DNA of 64,000 bases from Candidatus Latescibacterota bacterium (GTDB taxonomy: Bacteria; Latescibacterota; UBA2968; GCA-2709665): assembly GCA_965237675.1 (NCBI GenBank), contig OZ250150.1, positions 3,584,001 through 3,648,000 of the forward strand. Reading direction: 5' to 3'. The first letter of the stretch is position 1. Each line of letters opens with the position of its first letter. Below the pieces are notes generated by a model, which searched no databases, was not told the DNA's origin, and saw only the letters and a list, made by a program, of their open reading frames with translations. The position numbers and the translations under genes were made by a program. Shown piece after piece: positions 1-9,243 of the stretch.

Positions 1-11
1 CAGAGCGAAAC

Positions 12-914
12 GTGAACCCATCGCATCATCCAAATCCGGGACCAACCTTGGAAGCAGTGGGTTCACGGGTCCTGTCGGCTGGCGGTTGGGGCGGCCTGTT
101 CTGGAAACGGCTCCTGAAGAACCGACTCGCGGCCGTCGGGGGTATCCTCCTGTCGGGATTCCTGTTGCTGGCCATCGCCGCGCCCCTGGTGGCGCCACAT
201 GATCCTCTTGCACAGAACTTGTACGAACGCCTCCAACCCCCGTCGCTGGCGCATCCGTTCGGTACGGACGATTTTGGCAGGGATGTTCTGAGCCGAGTCG
301 TCCATGGCGCGCGGATTTCGCTTCGCGTGGGTGTTGTCGCGGTCCTGATCGCGCTGGTGGCAGGCGTTCCGATCGGGCTGGTGTCGGGATACTGGGGAGG
401 CGCGCTGGATCAGGCGTTAATGCGTGCGATGGATCTGATGCTCGCATTCCCCAGCATTCTACTGGCCATCGCCATTGTGTCGGTTCTGGGACCGGGGCTG
501 GAAAATGCGATGCTGGCAGTTGGAATTGTTGCGGTACCTCAATATGCACGTCTGGTGCGCGCGTCTGCGCTGGTCGTGCGTGGACAGGATTATGTTCAGG
601 CCGTGCGCGCGCTTGGCGCGGGGGATTTTCAGATCCTCTTTTTTTCTGTTCTCCCGAACTGCCTCACACCCCTGATCGTACAGTCTACGTTGGGTCTGGC
701 TACTGCCATACTGGATGCGGCGGGGCTGAGCTTTCTGGGATTGGGGGCGCAGCCGCCGGTGTCCGAATGGGGTGCGATGCTGACCGGCGGGCGGGAACTG
801 GTTCTGCGGGCGCCGTGGGTATTGACCTTTCCGGGTCTGGCGATTTTTCTGACCGTATTGGCGTTTAATCTGGTCGGCGATGGTCTTCGGGATGCTCTGG
901 ATCCAAAAGCCTGA
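12..914 (+). CDS. dppC: Dipeptide/oligopeptide ABC transporter permease (DppC/OppC family)
   Basis: HPFGTDDFGRDVLSRVVHGARISL motif, EAA-like loop (DYVQAVRALGA), C-terminal FNLVGDGLRDALDP; GTG start. Confidence 0.92.
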   Translation: MNPSHHPNPGPTLEAVGSRVLSAGGWGGLFWKRLLKNRLAAVGGILLSGFLLLAIAAPLVAPHDPLAQNLYERLQPPSLAHPFGTDDFGRDVLSRVVHGARISLRVGVVAVLIALVAGVPIGLVSGYWGGALDQALMRAMDLMLAFPSILLAIAIVSVLGPGLENAMLAVGIVAVPQYARLVRASALVVRGQDYVQAVRALGAGDFQILFFSVLPNCLTPLIVQSTLGLATAILDAAGLSFLGLGAQPPVSEWGAMLTGGRELVLRAPWVLTFPGLAIFLTVLAFNLVGDGLRDALDPKA

Positions 915-1147
915 TACGGCATGTTGCATATCCGGCAGACGGTAAGTCGCCAGGACCGGGACCTGCCGCTGTGCCCCGCGAAGGCCCGATCGCTGAATCA
1001 CGTTCCGGCGACGGACGCGTGAGACAACCCACGTCCAGGCGTAGCGTGCAGGACATAGAATAAGTATTTGTTATTTAAGGAATTTGTGCTTCATGAAGAT
1101 GGACGCGCGCTCACAGTATCCTGGAAGCCCGAGGCCTGAAAAAGCGT

Positions 1148-1176
1148 TTGACTTCTCCGTTCCGGTGGCGTATATT
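1148..1176 (+). promoter_or_regulatory. Sigma70-type promoter of the upstream structured RNA/sORF
   Basis: TTGACT (1148-1153) - 17 nt - TATATT (1171-1176). Confidence 0.7.
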
Positions 1177-1204
1177 TTCGTTTACACAGAAAGGAGGTGG
1201 TCGA

Positions 1205-1240
1205 ATGAGCGAAATGACCAGTGGAGGTGGCTGTAGTTAG
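1205..1240 (+). CDS. Putative micropeptide MSEMTSGGGCS
   Basis: ATG 6 nt after AGGAGGT (1192-1198); TAG at 1238-1240; too short for the ORF track. Confidence 0.35.
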   Translation: MSEMTSGGGCS

Positions 1241-1385
1241 GTGCGCTGCCGGGTGCGGGAGAACATCTCGTCTGGTAACGCGCCTGGCGAATCTAAACAG
1301 CCATCGAAAGACAGGCGATCCGTCGTTCCGACGGGCCCCGGCGATGTTGGCGGGGTACCGTGAGATGGAGGCCGTCTCGAGATTT

Positions 1386-1440
1386 GCGCCGTGATGAGAT
1401 GTGGCCGGACAACCGGCTCCCAAATCGCGGCGCATTTTTC
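1386..1440 (+). terminator. Intrinsic terminator
   Basis: GCGCCGTGAT (1386-1395) pairs with ATCGCGGCGC (1424-1433), followed by ATTTTT. Confidence 0.6.
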
Positions 1441-1460
1441 TGTCCTATAAGGGTTTGTAC

Positions 1461-1489
1461 TTGACAAAATCAAGCGAGCCCTATATCTT
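1461..1489 (+). promoter_or_regulatory. Sigma70-type promoter for rplM-rpsI
   Basis: TTGACA (1461-1466) - 17 nt - TATCTT (1484-1489). Confidence 0.7.
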
Positions 1490-1570
1490 TTGGGGCTAAA
1501 TATTGCGTGGAATTGTCGTAGAGAGGAGGTGAGTTCGAACGCGGCGTCTAAGGGGACGCCGTTCGGATTT

Positions 1571-2005
1571 ATGAATACGCCAAGCGCTAAAGCGTGCGAC
1601 GTTGATCGCAGATGGTTTCTGGCTGATGCCGAGGGTAAGGTGTTGGGTCGCTTCGCAAGTGAGGTCGCTCGGATTCTGATGGGAAAACACAAACCATTTT
1701 ATACGCCGCACTTGGATACCGGCGATCATGTCGTTGTGGTAAACACCGAAAAGCTCGTTGTCAAAGGCGCCAATAAACCGGAACAGAAGGTTTATATGCG
1801 TTTTAGCGGATATCCAGGTGGCCTGAAAACCAAGACCCTCAGGCGGGCGCTCGAGACACAGCCCACGTTTGTGCTGGAGCATGCCATACGAGGGATGTTG
1901 CCGCGCACGAAACTGGGGCGTCGGATGATGAAGAAGGTCCGGATTTACGCGGGTCCCAACCATCCACACGAGAGTCAGTTGCCCGAAGCGATTGACTTTA
2001 CTTGA
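1571..2005 (+). CDS. rplM: 50S ribosomal protein L13
   Basis: RRWFLADAEGKVLGRFASEVARILMGKHKPFYTPHLDTGD; start moved to ATG 1571 (144 aa). Confidence 0.98.
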   Translation: MNTPSAKACDVDRRWFLADAEGKVLGRFASEVARILMGKHKPFYTPHLDTGDHVVVVNTEKLVVKGANKPEQKVYMRFSGYPGGLKTKTLRRALETQPTFVLEHAIRGMLPRTKLGRRMMKKVRIYAGPNHPHESQLPEAIDFT

Positions 2006-2060
2006 AATCCGCCAGATCCAACCATTGTTGGATAATTGTTGACCGAGAGGAGGTGGGGTC

Positions 2061-2453
2061 TTGGCAGAGATCCTTGCTTCTGCAAAAGGCCGGCGCAAGT
2101 CGGCAACGGCAAACGTAAAGCTCGTTCCGGGATCCGGAGAGATTATAATCAATGGGCGGCCGATTCTTGATTATTTGAAGCGCGAGACGCTCGTGATGAT
2201 CGTGGAACAGCCGTTGGCGGTTACGGAGACGATTGGCCAGTACAATATCGTCGCCAGCGCCAAGGGGGGTGGTCTCAGCGGCCAGGCCGGCGCCGTGCGG
2301 CTGGGTATCGCGCGTAGCCTGCTTGCCCTGAACGAAGACCTCAGGAAACCGCTGCGCCAGGCCGGGCTGTTGACTCGCGACGCACGCGAGGTGGAACGAA
2401 AAAAGCCAGGGCGCCCCGGGGCACGCAAACGGTTCCAGTTTTCAAAACGATAG
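2061..2453 (+). CDS. rpsI: 30S ribosomal protein S9
   Basis: GRRK N-terminal motif, [18 protein letters not shown]-terminal [19 protein letters not shown]; TTG start with GAGGAGG SD. Confidence 0.98.
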   Translation: MAEILASAKGRRKSATANVKLVPGSGEIIINGRPILDYLKRETLVMIVEQPLAVTETIGQYNIVASAKGGGLSGQAGAVRLGIARSLLALNEDLRKPLRQAGLLTRDAREVERKKPGRPGARKRFQFSKR

Positions 2454-2502
2454 TCGGTCGTTTTTTTGCATCGGCGTGTTGCGCAACTGGCGACGCGCCT
2501 AT

Positions 2503-2582
2503 TTCACATGTGCCCCGACCGCAGGCCGGGTGTCGGTTTCCGACTGGTTTGCGGGATGACGGTCACAGAGGATCAACCCGGA
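2503..2582 (+). promoter_or_regulatory. Probable rpsB (S2) autoregulatory leader RNA (t44-like)
   Basis: Lies directly 5' of rpsB; CACA...GACC/GGTC...GAGG..AACCC layout resembles S2 leaders; not verified with a covariance model. Confidence 0.45.
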
Positions 2583-2598
2583 GTATCAGGAGGATTGT

Positions 2599-3363
2599 AT
2601 GGCTGTCGTTGAGATGAAAGCGTTGCTGGAGGCCGGGGTCCACTTCGGGCATCAGACCCGCCGTTGGAATCCCAAGATGAGGAAGTTCATCTTTATCGAA
2701 CGCAACGGAATTTACATTATTGATCTGCAAAAAACACTGAGACAGATCGAAGAAGCCTATCGGGTTATCAGCGAGGCTGTCGAACGAGGTGATTCGGTAC
2801 TCTTCGTGGGAACAAAGAAGCAGGCTAAAGACGTGATTCTCCAAGAAGCGAAGCGCTGTGAGATGTTTCATGTCACCGAGCGTTGGCTTGGCGGGATGTT
2901 GACCAATTACCAGACCATTCGTCAGAGCATTCGGCGCCTGGAAACGCTCGACAAGATGAGCGCGGACGGCACCTACGAGAAGTTGACAAAAAAAGAGGTG
3001 CTGCGGCTGGAGCGCGAGCGCGAGAAGCTGGAGAGATCCTTGAGCGGTATCCGGGATATGGGCCGCTTGCCCGGGTTGGTTTTTGTGGTTGATATCAAGA
3101 AAGAAAAGATCGCCGTTCACGAAGCGAGGCGTCTCAACATACCCGTGGTAGCCATCGTCGACACCAACTGCAATCCGGACGACGTCGACTACCCGATTCC
3201 GGGCAACGACGACGCTATCCGGTCAATTGGACTCATCACCCGCCTGGTCGCCGATGCGGCGCTGGTGGGTGAGAAGATTCGACGCGAGGGCCCCGATCGG
3301 GCGGGTGAAGAACCCCAGTTGCTGGGCCCGGAAATTACTGAGATTACGGAAGTCAACGAATAA
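2599..3363 (+). CDS. rpsB: 30S ribosomal protein S2
   Basis: [37 protein letters not shown]. Confidence 0.99.
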   Translation: MAVVEMKALLEAGVHFGHQTRRWNPKMRKFIFIERNGIYIIDLQKTLRQIEEAYRVISEAVERGDSVLFVGTKKQAKDVILQEAKRCEMFHVTERWLGGMLTNYQTIRQSIRRLETLDKMSADGTYEKLTKKEVLRLEREREKLERSLSGIRDMGRLPGLVFVVDIKKEKIAVHEARRLNIPVVAIVDTNCNPDDVDYPIPGNDDAIRSIGLITRLVADAALVGEKIRREGPDRAGEEPQLLGPEITEITEVNE

Positions 3364-3408
3364 CAGCCAGGATAGAAGGGAGAGGCGTTACGCCTGCGGG
3401 AAGAACAA

Positions 3409-4008
3409 ATGGCTATTTCTGCGAAGATGGTTCAGGAACTACGGGCTAAGACCAACGTGGGGATGATGGATTGCAAACGAGCCCTCGTTGAGAGTGACGG
3501 GGATATGGAGAAAGCCATTGAGCTTCTGCGGACCCGTGGCATTGCCAAGGCGGAAGACCGCGCGCACCGGGCGGCGAAAGAAGGGCTGATCACGTCGTAC
3601 ATCCACACAGGCAGCAAGCTGGGGGTGCTGCTGGAAGTCAACAGCGAGACCGATTTTGTTGCGCGAACGGACCAGTTCCAGGCTTTTGCCCGGGATCTCG
3701 CAATGCACATCGCGGCCAGCGCCCCCATCGCCGTTGGCCGCGATGAACTGGATGAGTCAAACGTCGAGCGCGAACGCAGGATCTTCAGGCAGCAGGCGCT
3801 GGATGACGGCAAACCCGAGCGGGTTGTCGACCGGATTGTAGAGGGGCGTTTGGAGAAGTACTTTCAGGAGGTCTGCCTCATGGAACAGCCCTTTGTAAAG
3901 GATCCGGACAAGACGGTCAGAGACCTGCTGATGGAACTGATCGCCCAGTGCGGTGAGAATGTGACCATCCGGCGGTTTGTGCGGTTTGTTCTCGGTGAGG
4001 ACAGCTAG
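3409..4008 (+). CDS. tsf: Elongation factor Ts (short 199-aa form)
   Basis: VQELRAKTNVGMMDCKRAL, EVNSETDFVAR, MHIAA motifs. Confidence 0.98.
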   Translation: MAISAKMVQELRAKTNVGMMDCKRALVESDGDMEKAIELLRTRGIAKAEDRAHRAAKEGLITSYIHTGSKLGVLLEVNSETDFVARTDQFQAFARDLAMHIAASAPIAVGRDELDESNVERERRIFRQQALDDGKPERVVDRIVEGRLEKYFQEVCLMEQPFVKDPDKTVRDLLMELIAQCGENVTIRRFVRFVLGEDS

Positions 4009-4127
4009 GGGCGTCCGGCACCGGCAGAGCCAATCAGGCCGGTGAGCCCGTTCGTCGGGCAACGGGAATAGAGGTTCGGAATCTCTCTATCACTGGAGAC
4101 CGATTTCTTCACGGGGGGACGCAGCTG

Positions 4128-4685
4128 ATGGTTGACGAGATTCTTTCAGAGACCAGGCAGACAATGGCAAGAACCGTGGAAGCATTTCAACACGAAATCG
4201 CCACCGTTCGGACTGGTCGGGCAAACATGGCGTTGCTGGAAAATATTCGCGCTGAATACTACGGCTCCAAAGTGCCGCTCAACCAGGTGGCCACTATAGG
4301 CATCCCGGAGCCGCGGCTGATTGTTCTTCAGCCGTGGGACAAGAGTGCAATCCCCGCAATTGAAAAGGCCATACAGACGTCGAATTTGGGTCTGACGCCG
4401 TCCAACGATGGAACGGTTATTCGTTTGCCGATTCCACACCTGACGGAAGAGCGCCGTGCGGAACTCGTACGCGTGGTTCGCCAGATGGCGGAAGAGTGCA
4501 AGGTTTCCGTGCGCAATGCCCGGCGGGACGCCAACGAGATGTTCAGAGATGGTCAGAAGGAAGGCGAGATTCCCGAGGACGATTCCAGGAAGGGACAGGA
4601 ACAGGCGCAAAAGCTGACGGACGATTTCGTAGCCGAGATTGACAAGCTGCTGGCGCGAAAGGAAGAGGAAATTATGGAGGTCTGA
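4128..4685 (+). CDS. frr: Ribosome recycling factor
   Basis: RTGRAN, YYGSKVPLNQVA, LTEERRAEL, VRNARRDAN. Confidence 0.98.
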   Translation: MVDEILSETRQTMARTVEAFQHEIATVRTGRANMALLENIRAEYYGSKVPLNQVATIGIPEPRLIVLQPWDKSAIPAIEKAIQTSNLGLTPSNDGTVIRLPIPHLTEERRAELVRVVRQMAEECKVSVRNARRDANEMFRDGQKEGEIPEDDSRKGQEQAQKLTDDFVAEIDKLLARKEEEIMEV

Positions 4686-4710
4686 TTTCTCTTGAAACTC
4701 CTCCATAAAT

Positions 4711-4748
4711 CGCTGCTTTCAGGTCTTCTGGAGGTAGCGGTTTTTTTT
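4711..4748 (+). terminator. Intrinsic terminator after frr
   Basis: CGCTGCTTTCAG/CTGGAGGTAGCG stem followed by T8. Confidence 0.8.
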
Positions 4749-4978
4749 ATGTTTGACGATATGGGTTTGTTTCGCAATTTGAATGCGTCCGGATAGGGCG
4801 CGGTTTGGTTCAACAAGAATACGGTCGCGTCAGTACGTCTGAGGAGACATTTCCCGATTGGGAAACCCATTGCCCCGTGACGCTGCGTGCCGCGATGCCG
4901 GCGCACGAAGATGCCCCTTCATTCGGACCCGGCACCTGCCGCTGAGATCCCTCCGCATTGGCCCGTTCGCAATCTGAT

Positions 4979-5689
4979 ATGCTAACGTTCATCGTTATTG
5001 CGATTCTATTTGTGGCATCCCTGGTCCATTCGACGCTCGGGTTCGGAACGGCCCTGGTGGCGATGCCGATGCTTGTGACGGTACTCGATGTCAAAGCGGC
5101 GACGCCTCTGGTCGGCCTGACGATGCTGACGACAATCGCCCTGCTTCTGGTTCGATCCTGGCGGGACCTGGACGTAAGGGCTGCGCTACATTTGCTCGCC
5201 GCTTCGGTTTTTGGAATTCCTCTCGGTCTGCTGATTCTTCGATTCGCACCCCAGGATGCCTTCAAGGCTGGGCTCGGAATGCTCCTCATCGCTGTCGGTC
5301 TATACAACCTGAGGACATCTGTCCTGCCGAGGCTTGAACGTATCGGATGGGCGCACGCGTTCGGCTTCATGTCCGGCGTACTCGGCGGCGCATATAACGT
5401 CAACGCGGCGCCGGTGGCCGTTTACGGGATCTTGCGGCGGTGGCCGCCCGAACACTTCAGGGCGACGTTACAAGGGTACTTTTTTCCCTCGACCTTGCTC
5501 ATTGTGGCGAGCCACGGATTGGCTGGGCTGTGGACGGGGGACGTATTCGGATTCTACCTGCCGGCCGTGCCCGCCATCATGCTTGCAGTTGTTCTGGGCC
5601 AAATCATCGGCGCGCGCATCCCTTCGGCCCGATTTCAGCCCGTTCTCTACGTGGCGCTGCTGGCATTCGGGGTTCTCATGCTCGTATAA
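4979..5689 (+). CDS. Sulfite exporter TauE/SafE family membrane protein
   Basis: ASLVHSTLGFGTALVAMP, SGVLGGAY, FRATLQGYF; about 8 hydrophobic segments. Confidence 0.8.
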   Translation: MLTFIVIAILFVASLVHSTLGFGTALVAMPMLVTVLDVKAATPLVGLTMLTTIALLLVRSWRDLDVRAALHLLAASVFGIPLGLLILRFAPQDAFKAGLGMLLIAVGLYNLRTSVLPRLERIGWAHAFGFMSGVLGGAYNVNAAPVAVYGILRRWPPEHFRATLQGYFFPSTLLIVASHGLAGLWTGDVFGFYLPAVPAIMLAVVLGQIIGARIPSARFQPVLYVALLAFGVLMLV

Positions 5690-5779
5690 CGCCCGGGGAC
5701 CGACGTTACGTGACCGCCAGCCAAACCGATGTGCTCTGCAATCGTTTCCGCGCGTTTCCCATCCAGAAAGGAGACAGAA

Positions 5780-6142
5780 ATGAACGCCACAGAACCCATG
5801 GTTATCCACTACGTTAAGGAGATGGACAGGGCGCTTCGATTCTATCGCGATGTCATCGGCCTGGCTGTCGTGGACGAGTCTCCCTACTGGAGTACGTTAC
5901 GCTGTGGCGGATGCATCGTTGCCCTCCATATCCTCTCTCCCGGGATGACCGAGGGCGCCGCTCCCCACGCGGGGCTGAATCTGCATACCGACGATCTGGA
6001 TGCGGCCGTCGAGGAAGTGGCGGCCGGCGGAGGCGAGATCCGGTTCCTCCGGGAAGCCGGCGGGGGCATTCCGGTGCGAATCGCCGCAATCACCGATACT
6101 GAGGGCAATGCCCTGGAACTGCGCCAGTACGTCGGCGACTGA
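5780..6142 (+). CDS. VOC (glyoxalase/bleomycin resistance) family protein
   Basis: MDRALRFYRDVIGL ... ITDTEGNALEL; AGGAG SD before ATG 5780. Confidence 0.85.
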   Translation: MNATEPMVIHYVKEMDRALRFYRDVIGLAVVDESPYWSTLRCGGCIVALHILSPGMTEGAAPHAGLNLHTDDLDAAVEEVAAGGGEIRFLREAGGGIPVRIAAITDTEGNALELRQYVGD

Positions 6143-6315
6143 GCCGGAATGTCGATTGAGAAAGACCAGCCCGAATTCGGTAGCAAGACGCCAGTGATCG
6201 CCGCCGGCAGCTGTTGTCGTCCGCGATCTCGAATTCGCAGGGCACCCGAAACGGACGGTTTCGACACGTCCGTCGGTGCTGATTCCGTGGTTAATCACCA
6301 TTAGGAGGTTTCATC

Positions 6316-6843
6316 GTGAAGAACTGTGTACTCGCCGTCGTTTTGTCTGCCGTTGTCCTGTTCGCCTGGGGGTTTGTCTCGTGGACGATACTGCCGTGGC
6401 ATAATATGGTTGCGAACAAATTCGAAGACGAATCCGCTGTTTCAGTGGTCCTCAAGGAAAACGCGACGACTGCCGGGATCTACTATCTACCATTTGCCCA
6501 GGAAGACCTCAAGCCAGGAGCAGTATTCGCCCTCGCGAACGTATTGCCCGACGGCGGCGATACGAACATGGGCAGTATGATGGGCGTCGGCCTTTTGGGT
6601 CAAGCGGTCTCCGCCCTGCTCGTTCTTCTTCTGCTGGGCAACACGTCGAACCTCGGTTACTGGGAACGGGTTCGCTTCGTGGCGCTTGCAGGTGTGGCCA
6701 TCGGCTTTGTGAGCCACTTCCCCTACTGGAACTGGTTTGGCTTCTCGACGTCGTATACGCTTGTAATCATCCTTGACTCGTTGGTCGCCTGGCTACTGGC
6801 GGGGCTTGTAATGGCTAAATACGTGGAAGGAAAAACAGGGTAG
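6316..6843 (+). CDS. Hypothetical membrane protein (about 4 TM segments)
   Basis: AGGAGG SD, GTG start, hydrophobic segments. Confidence 0.75.
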   Translation: MKNCVLAVVLSAVVLFAWGFVSWTILPWHNMVANKFEDESAVSVVLKENATTAGIYYLPFAQEDLKPGAVFALANVLPDGGDTNMGSMMGVGLLGQAVSALLVLLLLGNTSNLGYWERVRFVALAGVAIGFVSHFPYWNWFGFSTSYTLVIILDSLVAWLLAGLVMAKYVEGKTG

Positions 6844-7043
6844 GAAACGCCACAATACTGTGAGGAAACCTGGTAAGCGAAGCCTTCTGCCCGGGAGATA
6901 CGACAATACCCGTCATCCGGAAGATGGTCGCCGCCCCGAATCATCCGATGTCCATTCGACGCAAATGGGGTGGATAGGACGAAGAACCCGGGGCGTCGAC
7001 GTCCGCGCCTCGAGCCGCCGTTTCCGATACCTGCTCCTTCAAG

Positions 7044-7084
7044 AGAAAGACCGCGGGTTGTTTCGCCTCGCGGTCTTTTCTTTT
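7044..7084. terminator. Bidirectional intrinsic terminator
   Basis: AAAGACCGCGGG...CCTCGCGGTCTTTTCTTTT hairpin with A-rich and T-rich flanks. Confidence 0.65.
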
Positions 7085-7239
7085 AAGGGCGTCGAATTAC
7101 GGGTTGGAGTAACCAGGATGGCAGCCTGAGTCGACGGGAAACATTCGCTGTCGTTCTCAATAAGTGACAATATTTCAGAGACTTCTGTGCACGATGGCAT
7201 CTATGCGTCGGGCGCACCGACCGAACCTCCGGTCCCTGG

Positions 7240-7470
7240 TTGCTTTTCTTCAGTCTCTCCAGAACCCGCAGTAGCCTCTTCCTGACTCAGCGATTGCCCG
7301 GATCGATCTCGAGCGCCTTTTCGAAAGCCTCTCGCGCGGCGCCCCTTTCGTTCCTGTCCACATATGCGATACCCATCCATATGTAGGTATCACTATGACC
7401 CCAGACTGGATGGATGGGATCGGTCGGTTTGTCGCGGGCGAAGGGCTCTGCGGCGGGCTGGATTTGTCCG
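7240..7470 (-). pseudogene. Remnant of a TPR-containing protein gene
   Basis: Manual minus-strand translation FARDKPTDPIHPVWGHSDTYIWMGIAYVDRNERGAAREAFEKALEIDPGNR*VRKRLL; in-frame TGA at 7287-7289; no recognisable 5' part. Confidence 0.55.
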
Positions 7471-7567
7471 GGGATGCGCCCGTGCGCCCGTCCTGCCCGC
7501 GTTCAGCCCCTTGATTAATCGCCAAAAGGACCTTATTTTCCAGTACTCAGGGCGTGTATCCTGCACG

Positions 7568-7718
7568 CTGAGCCGCTCCCTGAGCCTTGTCCTGAGCTTG
7601 TTGAAGGGTGTCGAAGAGTCGGCGAAGGAGGTCCCTGAGCCGCTCCCATGAGCCTGTCGAAGGGTAGCGAAACACGTGCATTTCGACAAGCTCAATGACC
7701 ACGCTTCGACAGGCCCAG
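7568..7718. repeat. REP-like cluster, family A (CTGAGC(C/T)TGTCGAAG / CTTCGACA(A/G)GCTCA)
   Basis: Several tandem and inverted units; 7661-7703 is nearly the reverse complement of 46842-46882. Confidence 0.75.
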
Positions 7719-7759
7719 TTTCCGCAAGGTAAAGGTATTGATGCCGATTGAGGGACCGA

Positions 7760-8665
7760 ATGGCTTCGCAGCAATCCGGACTGTCTTCGCAAGCGCACAG
7801 GACGAGCAGAACGGCGAATCTGGCGGCTTGCGTACGCGCGTATCATTGTCGCTGGCACGAGTCGCCGATCTTCGCCGATACCTATGCAATTGACATGATA
7901 TCGAATTTCTGGCGTGTGATTGCCAGGAACAGAATGTTCAGCTGGATCGTCGTTCACACGGTGTTCCGGACATTCCGTCCCATACATACGGAAATTATCC
8001 TGCGGGCACGGTACGCCGAAGACCGTCTTATGGAAGCCTTGCGGGCGGGCGTTGGGCAGTATGTCATCCTCGGCGCCGGTCTCGATACGTATTCCATGCG
8101 TCAGAATGCGCTTTCGGACAGGTTGCGGATATTTGAGTTGGATCATCCGGCAACCCAGGAAATGAAGCGTGAAAAGGTGCTGAAAGTCAATGGCGAGATT
8201 CCACCCAATCTGGTGTTCGTTCCAATCGACTTTGAATCCGATAACCTCGACGTCGCGCTCGCCCAGGCCGGTTTCGATCCTCTGGCGCCGTCGTTTTTTT
8301 CGTGGCTGGGAACGACCTACTATCTCACGAAAGACGCGATACACGAGACTCTTGGTCGTGTCGCGAGCGTCGCAGCCCTTGGCAGCCGTATTGTTTTCGA
8401 CTATAAGCTTGCCGGGCATCTCATTCCAGCGGAGAGCCTGCAATTCGCCGACAAGCTGGATCGCTTCGTGGCTCGCCGGGGAGAGCCGATGATATCCACG
8501 TTCACGCCGGAGGAGTTGAAAGACGTGATGTCCGGATTCGGCTTTGCCGAAATGGAGAATATCCCCGCCGCCGCACAAAAACGCCTTTACCTGAACGAGA
8601 GATCCGGCCTGGTCGATCCGGCGCCGAATTTTTCCTTCGCGTTGTATGACGTGACTCGGCCTTAA
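7760..8665 (+). CDS. SAM-dependent methyltransferase (leucine carboxyl methyltransferase-like family)
   Basis: QYVILGAGLDT, IFELDHPATQEMK, FVPIDF, WLGTTYYL. Confidence 0.88.
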   Translation: MASQQSGLSSQAHRTSRTANLAACVRAYHCRWHESPIFADTYAIDMISNFWRVIARNRMFSWIVVHTVFRTFRPIHTEIILRARYAEDRLMEALRAGVGQYVILGAGLDTYSMRQNALSDRLRIFELDHPATQEMKREKVLKVNGEIPPNLVFVPIDFESDNLDVALAQAGFDPLAPSFFSWLGTTYYLTKDAIHETLGRVASVAALGSRIVFDYKLAGHLIPAESLQFADKLDRFVARRGEPMISTFTPEELKDVMSGFGFAEMENIPAAAQKRLYLNERSGLVDPAPNFSFALYDVTRP

Positions 8666-8736
8666 GGCGTCACGACGCGAGGGTGACAAGCCGTGCCGGA
8701 AACGATTTGAGGACCTGAAATCGAAGAGGTCAACCA

Positions 8737-9195
8737 ATGTCAGAGGCGAGCAGGCGACGTGGTCTCATTTCCTTACGGCAGGGTCTCCTCTTGATCTTTA
8801 TCCTCGGAAGTGTCGGACTGGGCGCCGAGTTGCTGCTGCTGGGGCACTTTCAGGAGTGGCGCCAACAGGTGCCCCTGGTGCTGCTGGCTTTGGGGTTGGT
8901 CGTGGTGGCGGCGCAGGTGCGTTACTACGGGGCGGTTGTCCTCCGGCTCTTCCGCCTGACCATGCTGGCTTTCGTCCTGGGCGGGATCGCAGGCCTCTGG
9001 TTCCATCTTGAATCCAACATGGATTACGAGCTGGCGTTGAATTCCCGGTTGACCGGATGGGATCTGCTGTCCACGGCTGCGCGCGGCGCCCTGCCCGCGT
9101 TGGCGCCCGGGGCGCTGATCCAACTGGGACTGATCGGCCTGGTTTACACGCTGCGCCGCCCGGATCCAGGCGGAGATGGGACAACTGAGCGATAG
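8737..9195 (+). CDS. Hypothetical membrane protein (about 4 TM segments)
   Basis: GAGG SD; hydrophobic segments; ELLLLGH and PALAPGA motifs. Confidence 0.7.
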   Translation: MSEASRRRGLISLRQGLLLIFILGSVGLGAELLLLGHFQEWRQQVPLVLLALGLVVVAAQVRYYGAVVLRLFRLTMLAFVLGGIAGLWFHLESNMDYELALNSRLTGWDLLSTAARGALPALAPGALIQLGLIGLVYTLRRPDPGGDGTTER

Positions 9196-9243
9196 TGGAT
9201 GCGGCACGGCTCCTGGTCACCGGCCGCATCCACCGCTACAGCC

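Larger units (their letters stand above)
1183..1440 (+). ncRNA. Candidate structured RNA (about 255 nt) with an extended Shine-Dalgarno-like 5' segment and an 11-codon sORF
   Basis: Own promoter and terminator; stems at 1241-1283, 1320-1334 and 1362-1378; long-range pair 1287-1294/1380-1387; AGAAAGGAGGTGGTC at 1188-1202. Confidence 0.55.

Noticed and set aside
1186-1240. Minus-strand 16S rRNA 3'-end fragment (GACCACCTCCTTTCT)
   Set aside because: The adjacent sequence does not resemble the conserved 16S helix 45 region, and the plus-strand promoter and terminator explain the site better.
1183-1440. tmRNA, tRNA, SRP or RNase P RNA
   Set aside because: No tRNA-like acceptor or T-arm ends, no CCA end, and none of the hallmark motifs were recognisable by eye. 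A covariance search is still needed.
1490-1570. 27-aa N-terminal extension of L13
   Set aside because: It starts immediately after the predicted -10 box, and ATG 1571 gives a normal-length L13.
7287-7289. Selenocysteine or alternative-code readthrough of the in-frame TGA
   Set aside because: The context suggests a mutated Trp codon in a gene remnant, and TGA is used as a normal stop throughout the window.
7547-8737. 396-aa minus-strand ORF and other long antisense or alternate-frame ORFs (e.g. 12090-13157, 28956-30149, 45550-46608, 60434-61492, 61786-62829)
   Set aside because: Shadow ORFs overlapping well-supported genes in GC-rich DNA, with no recognisable motifs.
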